Shown here in pieces: positions 7,917 through 21,000 of a DNA stretch of 64,000 nucleotides. Each line of letters opens with the position of its first letter. Within the stretch, counting starts at the first letter, position 1. The position numbers and the translations under genes are program-made. The stretch is from Candidatus Onthoplasma faecipullorum (GTDB lineage: Bacteria > Bacillota > Clostridia > Christensenellales > UBA1242): contig DWVI01000004.1 of the NCBI GenBank assembly GCA_019120295.1, positions 166,758 through 230,757 on the forward strand, given 5' to 3'. The notes under the pieces are model-generated. The model was given only the letters and a program-made list of their open reading frames with translations, did not search any database and was not told where the DNA came from.

Positions 7917-9871
7917 AAATAGATGTAACAGATTCAAATAAATTAGCATTTTTTCAAGACTTGTATAATGAGGCACGAAGTTATTCTGACAAATTATATG
8001 AGAAGCTCAATCAAAACATAGAACAATACAAGGGTAGCAAAAAGATTGACGGCTCTGAAGTAGATGCAAAGCAGGTAAGAAATATAACTTATGAACTTGT
8101 TGAAAGTCAGGTAACAAGTTATTTGCCTACTCCTGCAGTATCTCCAAAGATGTATAATGACAGGAACGAAAGAAATGCTAAGAGTATAGAAACTTTATTG
8201 CGAAACAAAAGGAATGAATTGCCTTTTGAGAAATTAAACGATATAGACGAAAGATTTAATCCTATTTATGGTGGCTCAATATGGCTCATAGAATGGGATA
8301 ACTCTATAACAACACATAACACTGTTGGAGACGTCAAAATAAGCTGTTTAAGTCCTAAAAAATTTACAGGGCAACCAAACATTTATGACGTCAAAGAAAT
8401 GGAATATTGTTTTATTGAGTTTGAAACAACAAAGGAAGATATTGTTCGTAAATATGGAGTAGCTCCTGAGGTGGCGGACGAAACAGAATCTGAAGAGAAC
8501 TCTGATGATAAAACAGCAACTCTATATGTTTGCTACTATAAGAATGATGCAGATAAGGTATGTCAATATATTTGGTCAGCAGATACTGAATTGTCTGATA
8601 TAGAGGACTATTATGCAAGAAAAAGATATGTCTGCAAGAAGTGTGGCAAGCGTAAAGAAATATGTTCCTGCGAGAAAGGAGATTATGAGCTTCAAAATGA
8701 AGGGTATGAAGAACTTGAAGAAGATATTATCTTAACAGACGGCGAAATTTTGCCTGCTATGTCTCCAGTGATTAAAGACGGACAAGTTGTTACAGAGACA
8801 GTAAAACAACAAGCTATTCTTGAAGACGGCTCTGTTGCTTTAGAGGATATAAACGGCGTAAAACTACCAATGATGGTAGATGTTCAAGTGCCTAAAATGG
8901 AGAAGACAAAACTGCCTTTTTACACTCCAAATATACTGCCTATTGTTATTAGAAAAAACACTTCAGAAGAAGACAGTTTGTTAGGACAGTCAGACGTTGA
9001 ATTTATTAGACCTCAGCAACAAGCAATCAATAAAATTGAGAGTAGAATAGTTGAGAAGCTTATGGGAAGTGGTGTATTCCCTATTGTTCCTGAAGAATTT
9101 AATGGAGAGATAGACAATTCTATTTGGAAGAAAGTGTTTAGAGCAAAGCCGTCTACCTTTAATATGTTCGGAAGAGTTGATTTGCAAGTTGATATAACAA
9201 GAGATATTGCACAGTCAGACAGACTTTATGACCAAGCAAAAAGAATATTAGGTATATCTGACTCTTATCAAGGGCAATATGACGCCAGTGCACAGAGTGG
9301 AAAAGCAAAACAAATTCAAGTAAACCAAGCAGCAGGACGTCTTGATAGTAAACGCCAAATGAAAAATGCTGCTTATGCTGAAATAGACCAAATCATCTTT
9401 CAATATTATCTTGCTTACGCTGACGAGCCAAGACCTGCATCATATAAAGACGCTATGGGCAGAACGCAAAATTGTATGTTTAATAGATACGATTTTATTG
9501 AGAGAGATGAAGCTGGCGAATACTATTACAACGACGAATACTTATTCTCCACTGATGCGACAGTTGATGTTGAACGTAACAGAGAAACTCTCTGGCAAGA
9601 GAATAGAATTAACTTTCAGCAAGGAGCATACGGCGATCCAACACAGCTAACAACATTACTTATCTTTTGGCTTAATATGGAAAAAGCTCATTATCCGTGG
9701 GCTCACGATAATGTCGAAAGGATAAAAGAAGAAATTCAAAGACAACAAGAAATTGCTCAATACCAACAACAAATTCAACAATTAGACAATGAAGTGTCAA
9801 ACAGAAAAAATTATGAAGAATATTTAAAATCTCAAATCTCTAACAGGAGGGAAAACAATGGCAACCAATAA
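7913..9871 (+). CDS. portal protein (with inserted CxxC-x7-CxC knuckle)
   Basis: 652 aa; ATGA-overlapped with terL, which is the canonical portal position. No motif-level proof. Confidence 0.65.
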   Translation: MKIDVTDSNKLAFFQDLYNEARSYSDKLYEKLNQNIEQYKGSKKIDGSEVDAKQVRNITYELVESQVTSYLPTPAVSPKMYNDRNERNAKSIETLLRNKRNELPFEKLNDIDERFNPIYGGSIWLIEWDNSITTHNTVGDVKISCLSPKKFTGQPNIYDVKEMEYCFIEFETTKEDIVRKYGVAPEVADETESEENSDDKTATLYVCYYKNDADKVCQYIWSADTELSDIEDYYARKRYVCKKCGKRKEICSCEKGDYELQNEGYEELEEDIILTDGEILPAMSPVIKDGQVVTETVKQQAILEDGSVALEDINGVKLPMMVDVQVPKMEKTKLPFYTPNILPIVIRKNTSEEDSLLGQSDVEFIRPQQQAINKIESRIVEKLMGSGVFPIVPEEFNGEIDNSIWKKVFRAKPSTFNMFGRVDLQVDITRDIAQSDRLYDQAKRILGISDSYQGQYDASAQSGKAKQIQVNQAAGRLDSKRQMKNAAYAEIDQIIFQYYLAYADEPRPASYKDAMGRTQNCMFNRYDFIERDEAGEYYYNDEYLFSTDATVDVERNRETLWQENRINFQQGAYGDPTQLTTLLIFWLNMEKAHYPWAHDNVERIKEEIQRQQEIAQYQQQIQQLDNEVSNRKNYEEYLKSQISNRRENNGNQ

Positions 9872-12026
9872 GAGAAATGAATTAGATACAACGTATGCTA
9901 CCAATTTAAGGAATAATCAAGGTAGTATTCCTACAGCTCAACAAACTGCACAGGGAGCATCTATAAACAACAACCAAAATAGCAATGTAAATATTGATAC
10001 AAGCTATCAAGCAAACTCTGGTGCACTTTATGGCGGGCATACTGCAAGTTGGTGGCAGCAACAATATGGTTCTGCAGATAATGATTCTAAAGAAATGATA
10101 AGAAAGGCAGCAGATTATTATGGCTATCAAATACCTGAAGCTGTAAGTCAATCAGGCACGCCAATTCCAAGCAATAATCAAGTGCCTGCAGCTGCAACAA
10201 ATCTTAATTATTCTGCAAACGTAAGAAGTCTTTCAACACCTGTAGAACAAACTACAACAGGGCAAACAAATACAACTGCAAATCAAGAAACAACAGATAC
10301 TCCAATTGACAGCTATGAAGAGTTCTTGAAGAAGCAAGCAGAGGGTTATCAGGAGACGCTTGATAAAACAAATCAATATATTGACGAGCAAAAACAATCA
10401 ACTATTGAAAGAGCTGAAGCTGAAAGAGAGAGAAACATAGTTGACGCACGTTCAAGTTATGCTCAAAACAGAGCGGGTTATGGAACAAATGCGGAAACGT
10501 TGGCAAGTATGGGTTTAACTGGAAGCGGATATAGCGATTATCTTGATCAACAAGCTTATGCAACTCAAAGGGCAGAAGTCCAAGCAGCAAATGTTCAATC
10601 AGAAAGCACTAAGCTTGAAGCAGAACAGCAAGCAAATGCTGATAGGCTAAACGCACAACTCACTTATGACCAAAATATGGCTCAAAATGAGGCAAATTTA
10701 GCAGAGTATCAATTACAACAGGAAGAGCAAAGGAAATCTGCTTATGCTGAGCTTTTAACTTATGCTAACAACGGAACATATTCTGAGCAACAAATTGAGG
10801 AATTGGGTGCACAATATGGTCTAAACGATGATCAAGTCAAACTACTCACTGATGCAGCAAAAACATTTAAAGAAAATCAACAAAATGCTACGTATTACGA
10901 GTTATTAGGTTCTGTAGATACAAGTGGCTTCGAGTCGCTAAAATCTGCTCTTGATAGTGGCTCAATCACTCAAGCACAATATGAAAGCCTCAGAGAAAAT
11001 TATCAAACATACTATTATGATATGTATACGTCATCAATTAGTTCTGACTTTACAGCAGTAAACACTGAAGATATTGATAACGCAGTAAATAAAGGGTATA
11101 TCACGAAAGTTCAATATGATAACCTTAAACAAAAATATAACGAGAGTCTTGCAAGCTCAATCTCTGCAGCATTTATCTTCTATGCAAATGGCGTTCAATT
11201 GGATGAGCAAACAGCACGTTCTGTTGTAGATGAATTGAAAAATACAGGTTGGTTGACAGATGAAAACAAAAACAAGCTCGATTCGCTTCTTGAATCTACT
11301 TATAAAGAAGACGATGGTGGCGGCTGTTATGCAAAAGGCACTTTAATTACAGTTGCAGACGGCTCTCAGGTTCCAGTAGAAGATTTGAAAGTTGGAGATG
11401 TTGTCAAGGTATTTAACCACAATACGGGCAGGTTAGATAATTCTGCAATATCATACATTTTCTACGATGGCGAAAAAGAATACGATGTTCTTAATCTTAC
11501 ATTTAGCAATAACGCAAGTATTGAAGTTTTATTCGGACACAGTTTCTTTGATGTTGATTCAAGAAAATATGTTTTGATAAACAATAACACTGTTGAGCAA
11601 TATTTAGGACACAACTTCTATTTTGTTTCTAATGAAAATGGAGAGTGTAAAAACGAAATTGTTTCTTTAACGGACTATAAAACTTACAAAAAAGCAACAG
11701 AGTGTTTTGCCGTTCTTACAGCAGAACATATCAATAGCTTTGCTAATGGCTTATTGAATATTACAGACGATGAAAATGTTCCAAGCGAACCACTAAGAGG
11801 CTTTACAAACATCTTTGAGCTTGATTCAGATTATAAATACGACCAAGAAAAAATGGAATCGGATATTAACAAATACGGCTTATTCTCATATAGCGAGTGG
11901 AAAGACTATGTAACTGAAGAGCAATTTAATGCGTTTAACGGTAGTATTCTTAAGGTTGCAATTGGCAAAGAACTTATCTCAATGGAAGAGCTGCAAGATT
12001 ATATAAACAAATTCTTAAAAAATTAA
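9858..12026 (+). CDS. virion-associated protein with Q/N-rich N-terminus, coiled-coil region and C-terminal Hint (Hedgehog/intein-like) autoprocessing domain
   Basis: 'DDGGG|CYAKGTLITVADGSQVPVEDLKVGDVV' is a Gly-Cys Hint start. 'IEVLFGHSFF' is block-B-like and 'LTAEHINSFANGLLN' is a C-terminal block ending in Asn. Confidence 0.6.
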   Translation: MATNKRNELDTTYATNLRNNQGSIPTAQQTAQGASINNNQNSNVNIDTSYQANSGALYGGHTASWWQQQYGSADNDSKEMIRKAADYYGYQIPEAVSQSGTPIPSNNQVPAAATNLNYSANVRSLSTPVEQTTTGQTNTTANQETTDTPIDSYEEFLKKQAEGYQETLDKTNQYIDEQKQSTIERAEAERERNIVDARSSYAQNRAGYGTNAETLASMGLTGSGYSDYLDQQAYATQRAEVQAANVQSESTKLEAEQQANADRLNAQLTYDQNMAQNEANLAEYQLQQEEQRKSAYAELLTYANNGTYSEQQIEELGAQYGLNDDQVKLLTDAAKTFKENQQNATYYELLGSVDTSGFESLKSALDSGSITQAQYESLRENYQTYYYDMYTSSISSDFTAVNTEDIDNAVNKGYITKVQYDNLKQKYNESLASSISAAFIFYANGVQLDEQTARSVVDELKNTGWLTDENKNKLDSLLESTYKEDDGGGCYAKGTLITVADGSQVPVEDLKVGDVVKVFNHNTGRLDNSAISYIFYDGEKEYDVLNLTFSNNASIEVLFGHSFFDVDSRKYVLINNNTVEQYLGHNFYFVSNENGECKNEIVSLTDYKTYKKATECFAVLTAEHINSFANGLLNITDDENVPSEPLRGFTNIFELDSDYKYDQEKMESDINKYGLFSYSEWKDYVTEEQFNAFNGSILKVAIGKELISMEELQDYINKFLKN

Positions 12027-12041
12027 AATAAGGAGTCATAA

Positions 12042-15000
12042 ATGGCAACACTTTCATCAATAAAACAACAGTTTAACACAAGAACAGGAGCTGCATCTTT
12101 ACTAACTGAGAATCAAATTCAAACAGCTGCAACAAGAAGAGAAGAAGAGGAAGAAGCAAAAAAGAATAATGGAGGCTTTTTCGGAGGAATAGGATATGTT
12201 CTTGAGAAAATCGGTTTAGGTTTTTTAAGTGGCATTGAGGGTATTTGGGACTATACTGCTGGAGGACTTGCTAAATTATTTGGTGCTGATGACTGGGCAG
12301 AACAGCAATTTGCAAATGATTGGGTAGATTATAATCACGCAGACGAGTGGTATAATCCGTCAGATGGCTGGAAAGTAGTAGGAGATGTTGCTGGAGGTAT
12401 AGGAACGAGTTTGCCTGCTATAGCTGGAGTTGCTGCTGCAGGTGCTATTACAGTTGCATCAGGAGGCACTTTAAGCCCTGTTGCTGCAGGTCTTATTTCT
12501 GCAAGTGTGGCAGGCTTAGGTGCGGCAGGTAGGGCGACAAAAGAAGCCTACGAACAAACAGGAGAACTTGGAGGAAAGGAATTTGGTTATGGTGCTCTTG
12601 TTGGTATTACAGAGGGAACTGTAGAGGGCTTATCAGCTGGTATTGGTGCAGGAACTGGTGCTGTGATTAAGAATATAACCAAATCATTCGGCAAAGAAGT
12701 AGCAAAATCTACCGCAAGACAAACATTTACAAAAACAATTTTTAAGAGTTTTGTTGGAGAGGCTTTTGAAGAGGGGTTGTCAGAGATGCTTACACCTGTT
12801 TGGAAGCGTCTTACATACGATCCAAATGCAAAAAATGCTACATTTCAAGAGATTGGCTATGCAGCACTTGTAGGGGGCTTGAGTGGTGCAATAATGGGAG
12901 GTTTTGATGTTTCTGTAAGAAATGTTGGAAGTTATACTCGTGGGAACACTATAGTAAATCAATCTAAAGCTGACGGTGTTTTATCAACTGCACAGCAAAT
13001 CAGTGAATATGAGACAAATAACCATACTGGATATGAATCTTTTGAGGCTGTTCAAAGCTTATATAACGAATTGCAAAGCAGTTTGACTAAAACAAATGGG
13101 CAAATATCAACTATGAGACAAAAAATGCTTGTAGGTATGCTTGAAAGAGCAAATACTTCCGCCACCTTTACGCCTTTTGTTGCTCGAAGTGCTGAAAATA
13201 TTGTAAATAATGCAGAACTTATTGCTCAAAGGTTATCAAGTTATGGATATACTGATGCAAACGGGAACCCTATTACATTCACTGCAGAGCAAATAAGGAA
13301 TGGAGTTGATGTAAATAAACGTGGCAGTTTTGCAAATGCACTAAAAAACAATGATATTTTAAGAACGCTTGCAGTTGCAGATGCAACAGGGCAATTAACA
13401 ATGGATACTGCTAAATTTAGAGAAGCAACTCTTATGGGACAAAGATTAAGTTCTCAAGCCGACTTAAATAGATTTATTGAAACAGCAACAGATTCTGAAT
13501 TAAGAGCAGTGTCAGAACGTTTAGGCATTGAAGACTGGCAAACAATAACAAATGAAGAGTTTCAAAATAAAATAACTGAATTTGTTGAAAATGGTGGAGT
13601 TGAAACATATAGACAAGAGAGTTTAATTATAAAAGAAGCTCAAAGTATTTCTCTTGAAAGTGCTCAAAGACTTGGAAGAGTTGTGAGACTTACTCAGGAC
13701 GGCACTTACCGCTTCCGCTCTGCAAATGCTGATATTGCAATTGTAAAAAACGGAGATTCTTATAGAATATTTGACTATGAAAGTGGGAGATTATCAAATG
13801 AATTAACTCGTGCAGAATTAAATAGAGTTATTAGAGAAATAAATAATCAAAATGAGCAAGCCGCTTCCGCCGTCAAAGAACAGTTAGAGCAGAGAGAGCA
13901 ACAAGAGAACAGATATAAGATTCAGGCTCAGGAAATTGACACCTTTGCTCGTGAAAATATCAAAGATTATGCAAAATTAAACGAAAGTAATAAAAGTATG
14001 GTCAGAGCTGTCATAAGGCAGGCAAGAGCTTCAGGTATAGCAGAAGCAGATGTTTTGTCTTATGCAAGAGTATCGGCTCATACTGGCTTAAATATTATCT
14101 TTAGTAAGAGGCTTTGTAAGGTTGGAACAGACTCAAATGGAGATTTGTATGCAGATGGCTATTTTGATACTAATAATAACAGAATTGTTGTAAACCCTGA
14201 GACAAAAAGAACACACGAGCAATTGCTTATTCACGAACTTACACACGTTATTTACAGAACTCAAGACGGAAAGCTAATTTTAGAACGTGGTGTAAGAAAT
14301 ATGTCTGACGCAGAGAAACAATCAATTATTAAACGTTATTCTGAAGCTGGAAGAGGCAAAGCAATTGAGCTAATGGACGAGATAAACGCTCATTATGCAG
14401 AGGGTATGCTTACAAATAAAAATTTAATAGAGAAATTGGTGGCGGATAAACCAACAATAAAAGATAGAATTGTAAACTTTTTTAAACGGTCAACTGAAAC
14501 ATATTCAGAGGATACTAAGCTCACTAAAGCTGCGAAATCTTTATTTAGCAGATATAAAAAACTGTTCGATAGCTTTTCAGCAGTAAACCAACAATCTAAT
14601 TCTGTAGAGGTAAATAATTCTGCATCTAATCGTATGGCACTTGCAAATGACGGCGAAAATGGTTATAATAATCAAAAAGGAGTTAAAAATGGAGAAGAAA
14701 ACGCAGAAACAACAGAAAACCAACAAACAAGCAGACAAACCAACGTTCGGGATAATAGAGAACGGCGAAGTCTTTCCGTTTTTAATGACAACGGAACAGT
14801 TAGACAATTATCTGAAATCATCAAAGACAAACCAAAAGAAGAAAGAATAGGAAATTTATTTACAGAAATTTATACAAAATCTGTAAATGAGACGCAAGAT
14901 AATTTAATTTGGCACGCTAAAAATGAAGATGTGAAAATTTATTTTGCAAAATCAAGAGGTAGTGGAAATGTTTATTATTTTGACGGCGAAAATTTAATTG

Positions 15001-18000
15001 TAAATGAAAATATTACAGAAAAAAATCTTGTTGATATACTAAATATTGAAAAACCTATACAAAGAAATGTTGATACCAACAAAGTGGCTCATATATCTAA
15101 TGAAAGATGGAATAGATTTATAGATTTTGAGCCAAAAACTTATCTTACAAGAATACCAATTCAACAATTTCTTGATATGACAACAGAAAACTATGTTGAA
15201 CAAAGACAATTAAACGCACGTTCTACACAAATGTCAAAGAAAATAGCCGCTTCCGATATAAAGAATACCGCAGGCGAGTTTATGTATCTTAAAATTGACT
15301 TAAAAAACAACAAAGTAGTAGATCACGAGGGTAGACATCGTATGACTGCGTTACTTAATGCTGGCAATGCGTATGCAGATGTGTTTGTTATTCCTGTAAA
15401 TGATGTTGGAGCAGATTATTATGGCAATATAGAAGTAACAGGACAATTTAATTCTAATAAATACAATTTAGGACTTGTAAGAGCTCAAAGTAAAAAATTT
15501 GCAGACTCAATTGAAAGAGTTTTTAGAATAGATGACGGGAATATAAGGTATGCTTTACCTGAGACAGACTCAAATGGCAATGCTTTGACTGATAAGCAAC
15601 GTGAATATTTTTCAAATAGCAAAGTTGTTGATGAAAACGGAAATCTTTTAGTTGTTTATCACGGAACAGGTAACAATGAATTTACTATTTTTGATATTAA
15701 AAAATCGAAAGCCACAGGGATGCTTGGTCAAGGCTTTTATTTTACAAAAAATCAAGAAGAAGCATCAAGCAAGTATGCAAAGAGGAACGGTAGAGTTATA
15801 TCTGCATATTTAAATCTTGAAAAACCTTTATATGTTGACCTTGTTCACAAATCTTCTATTATTAACAAATTAAGAGATGAGTTTGGTGGAAAATTCGATG
15901 TTGATGCTTATCTATATAATGCAAGATATAGAGATAGAGTTGACACAAGCAGGATGCTAAGTTTAATACAGCAACAAGGTTATGATGGAATAATAAATAA
16001 ACAGAAGGGGTATTATGTTGCATTCAATTCTAATCAAATCAAAGAAACAACCAACATTAGACCTACATTAAATAATGATATTAGATACGCTTTAGATAAC
16101 AGCAAAGACGCCAAAGATTTAGTTGCTATTCACAACACAAGTGAAGCAAAACTCTTGCAGTCAATAGAGTTAGGTGGACTTGCTATGCCAAGTATTGCTA
16201 TAGTTAGAAGTGATATAGGACACGAGGGTTTTGGTAACATAAGCCTCATTTTAAAATCTGATGCAATTGACCCACAGAAAAATTATGACAATAAAGTGTA
16301 TTCTGCCGACGCATACTCTCCAAGATTTCCTCAAATTGCATATTCTTTTAACGGAAAAGAATTGAGAGCTCTTGCTGATAAAATGGATACAAGTGTTTCT
16401 ATGCTTGAAGCCAATGATTTCGCAGAGGGAAATACTCGAGAAAGAATGATTGACAATCTTAAAAACAATGAATACTTCATTAAACATTATCTTAAAGAAT
16501 TTGGAATTAAAGCAGAAATTGTCTATAAACCAGCGGAATATTCAAATGCTATATATTTGAAAGAAGACGTTAAAAATTTTTTACTCAAAGATTACTCATT
16601 TGAAGAGTTGATGAATAGTGATAAAGTTCAGCAAGAATTACAAAATGCTGTAGATAAAGCTAAAGAAAAAGAGACACGTGAGTTCAAGAAAAATATACTA
16701 CAACATTCGTATGAGAAACTAATTAGAAGTTTGGATGATGCCCGTAATGAAAAATTTATTTATGATATTTTAGAAAAAGACTATAATAACGACAAACTTA
16801 TTGCTCAAGGGAAAGCAGAACAAGTAGTTAATGCCTACGAAACAGAAAGAAAAACAAAAGAAAAACTTAATGGCGACAAACAATTTAACGATTATGCAAA
16901 AAGTTCTGTAGACAAAGTATTAGATAAGAAATATTTAAGAAACAATAAAGATTACTATACAAATAGTGGTAACCCACGTAGTTTTGAAGCATTACACGAT
17001 GATTATACAGCAGAAAATGCTGTCCGCATTATGAAAGAACAGGGTGGAAAAAACAGCGAGGGCGGTAATGTCTTTGGTTTTGGTATAGGAGAGATAAGAG
17101 CTGCTTTAAGCAAAATATATTATAGCATAGAAGAAATGCATCAAGATGAGTATAGATTACAAACAATAACAGATGAAAGTTCTAAACTATACGAAGAATG
17201 CAACGATGATTTGCATAATATTGCAAGCGGTTTGTCTGAAAGAATAAAAACTGGCAATTTTTTGGAAGAACACGATATTGCTCTTAATGCAATTTTCGAT
17301 GTTATATCAAAAACAAAGACCAATGAACAAGCAAAGAGACTTATAAAAAGAGATTATAGGCTTGATATAACAGATACGGAAATTACTGACATAAGAAAAC
17401 TTGCTGATAAAGTTGCAGAATTGCCAGTAAAATATTTTGAAGCCAAACCAGAGCGAGTAGTAAATTTTAATGAGATTGTTAAGGCGTTTGTTCCCATCAA
17501 TACCAATAAAAGAATTTTGGACTTTTTAAGGGAACAGGGAATAGATGTTCAAATCTATAGCGAAAGCACTCCAACAAGAGCAGAGCTGATAAAAACTTTA
17601 TCTGACGATATACGTTTTGCTTTACAGACCAACGAAAATGAAGATAGTAGGGCGATAGGAGGACTTTCAAGAGGGCAAAGAGCTAAATTTGTTGCAAATA
17701 ATACTCACTTAAAAGTATATTCAAAGGCGGAGGCGGCTGAAGTTATAAATAGTATCATTGACGAAAGGCTTGTTCTTGAAGACAAATATGGCTCTTTAAG
17801 CGGAAAGAGCAAGGCTGAAGTTGTTGATATGTTATTTAGACAATTAAACTCTGCAAAAGAGGGATATAGAAGCTCAGTTGCTCTTAATATTGCAGACTAT
17901 CTCATTGAAAACACCGTCCTTAACGATATGTATGTATATGACAACGCAGATGCTATGAATGATTTAACAGTGTTGCGTAGTTATATGCACAAAGTAGATT

Positions 18001-21000
18001 TAAAAAGTATTTGGGGAGAAATTCAGTATAAATTTGACGACAAACGCAACAGCATAGCCCTTGTTTGGGGTGCAAGAGAGGGCGGAATGGCTCCTGATGT
18101 TATAGCTCAAGAGTTAAATGATAGAGGTATACGTATTGAGGCTATAAATGAGGCAGATTGCTTCTTTGAAATGCTTGAAAAGTATGAATCATTGCGTAAA
18201 GATGTTAATCAAAAAGCCAAGGAAGTTATGCTTAGAGATTATGGTAGTGAAGAACAAATTGAAACATTGAGGCAGCAAATTGCAAAAGATATTCTTTTAG
18301 CATACGACCAGAAAGGGACTCAATCTAAATATGGAAGACTTGTTGAGAAATATACTGCTCAAATAGAAAGTTTGAGACGACAAGTAAAAGAAACACGACA
18401 ACAAAATATTCTTATGAATAATATAGCAGATAGAGCACAAAAGTTGAAAGACTTAAAACTCGGGACTTTCTTAAATGCAACTCAATACAAAAACGATATT
18501 TTTCAAAATTCAATTGAGCGTTTGGCAAATATAAAATATAGAGGGAATTTTAATGCAACGGGCACTCGTAGAATAATGGCTGAATTAAGGCAGTGGTATA
18601 ACAAAGATAACCCTGTTCTTGCAGATAGTTATAGCGAAGATGTTGCGTATATGATTGATACTCTATCGCAAGGCAACAGGAACTATACTACAGAAGAATT
18701 GAGTATGTTGAGAAATGTGATGTCTTATTTTGTAAATTTTGTTGAAAATTATAACAAAGTTTATAGACAAGGTAAATGGATAGATGCAATACCAGAAGCA
18801 GAAAGATATATTGATGTTCTGCATAGAAATAAAGACGTAAAATTAGGAATATTTAATCGTCTTACAAGCAGCACTTATTATCAAACATTTGGCGATCCTA
18901 TGGCGGTTGCAAGACGTATGGATATGTATGAAAATGGTTTTTATACTGAAATGATGTCAGAACTTCGAGATGCGGCAGTAGATGCAGAAATTGCAGAAAT
19001 GGAAGTAAAAACGCCATATAAAAACTTTCTTGACACACACAAGAAATATTTAAGAGAAATTGAAAATACTTTAGTTACTTATCAGGGTGTAGAGATACCA
19101 AAGACACATTTAATCAGTTTATATATGACGCTCAAACGTGAACAAGCACAAGCAGGTTTAGCACAAAATGGTTTTGCTTTTATTGATAATAAGAAAAATA
19201 AAGTTAGAGTGAAAGGTTTTGCTCCTGATGTTGCAAGTGATACCGATTTGCTTACACGTGTTGTTGAAGAACAAGCTAAAATAGACAAGTTACTATCTAA
19301 TACAGATAGAGAATATATTGCTATTTTAGAGTCTGGATATAATCAAGATGCGAAAAAATTAAAAGCCGAAAGAGATATGCAAAGGCTTGGTTTTACAAAT
19401 GCAACCGAAGATTATTATTATCCTATTCGCAGAGGGAATATAGCACGCAATATTGACACATCTGATATTGCTTCAGAGTTAGATAGAGTAAGCAACGCTT
19501 CTTTCAATAAAGATACTGTAAGAGGTGCAAAGCAAGAGCTCTATATAGAGTCTGCAGACGTAGTATATAACAGACATATTAAGGCAGTAACAAAATATGC
19601 TTATCTTTCTCCAGCAATTGAGAACTATAACAGATTGTATAATGTAGACATCTCGGGAAACAGAAATAAGCCAGTAAGTGTGGCAACAGAAAGTGCAAAT
19701 ACTTGGGATAAAGGAAACAAATATTTTAGCAAGCTTATATCCGACATTCAAGGAATACCATCAAGCTCAAGTGAGGGAATGAAATTACTTGGGTTTATCA
19801 GAGGAAGTTATGCAAAGTTTCAATTGGGAGCGAATCCAAAAACTTGGGTAACACAATTATCATCATTATTTGCCTCAACAAGCATCTTAGATACAAATAG
19901 CGTGATTAGAGGCCTAACTATATCAGGAAAAGACGTTGACACGTATTGTTCTCTTGCAAAACTGAGAAATGCTGATAATACTGCAGCAATGGCACAAGGG
20001 TTATTAGATAAAGTTGGCAAGGTTTCAAATGTCTTAATGGCACCTATTGGGAAAATGGATAGATTTGTTATTAGAAAGTTGTTTGGAGCTTGTCAGGTGC
20101 AGGTTGAAAAGAATGGCGGAGCAAAAGTTGGAACAGTCGCAAATAAGACTGAAGCAGGAAAACTATTGCGAAGAGTTATTCTTGAGACGCAACAAAACTC
20201 TATTGTAACTGAGCGTTCTGCAGCTATGAGATCAGGTAATGAAGTTTTAAGAACGGTAACTATGTTCTCTGCCGATAGTATGAAAGCAATGGCAAGGTTG
20301 GTTGATTCCGTTGGAGAATTGACAACTTTAAGAGCAAAATTGAGAGCGACGACTGATGTTGAATTGCAAAACACTTTAAGAAAGCAAATAAAAACTGCTC
20401 AACGTAAACTAAGGAAATCTGCAATGGCAATGGCTTCAACTGCTGCATTTATGGTTGGCGTAGCTCAATTATTTAATTGGCTTTATAATAAAGACAATGA
20501 TGATGAAGAAGATAAGGCTCAAGCATTAGTTGTAGATTTTGTTGGTAACTTATTTGGCGGTTTGCCTTTGATTAGAGATATTTATACAAAATTTACTGAG
20601 GGCTATGATATAGACAGCTATAGTTATTCTGCATTAAACGATTTGCTAAATAGTGCCGTTGATATATTTGACTTAGTAGAAAATTTAGTCTCAGGAAATT
20701 CTTCAAGTCAAGAAATTGCATCAAGTATTAAAAAATTATCATACGCCATTGGTCAAGCTTTTGGCTTCCCTGTAAGAAATATTTATAACGTGCTTTATGG
20801 CTTAACAAAACGTATTAGTCCAGCAACAGCATATAAAATAGACAACACTTTCTATAACAAAAGCTATATTTCTGACTTAAATGCTGCTATAGAAAACGAT
20901 GATGCTGAAATGATTACAACAATTATGAGTATTTTACTAAACGAAAGAATAGGTGGAGAAATTAGCGATAAAGTAATAGAAAGACTTAATCGTCTATATT

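Noticed and set aside
9858-12026. A bona fide splicing intein
   Set aside because: The residue after the terminal Asn of the Hint module is Ile (NIT), not Cys/Ser/Thr, and no homing-endonuclease insert is present. Autoproteolysis, not splicing, is the supported interpretation.
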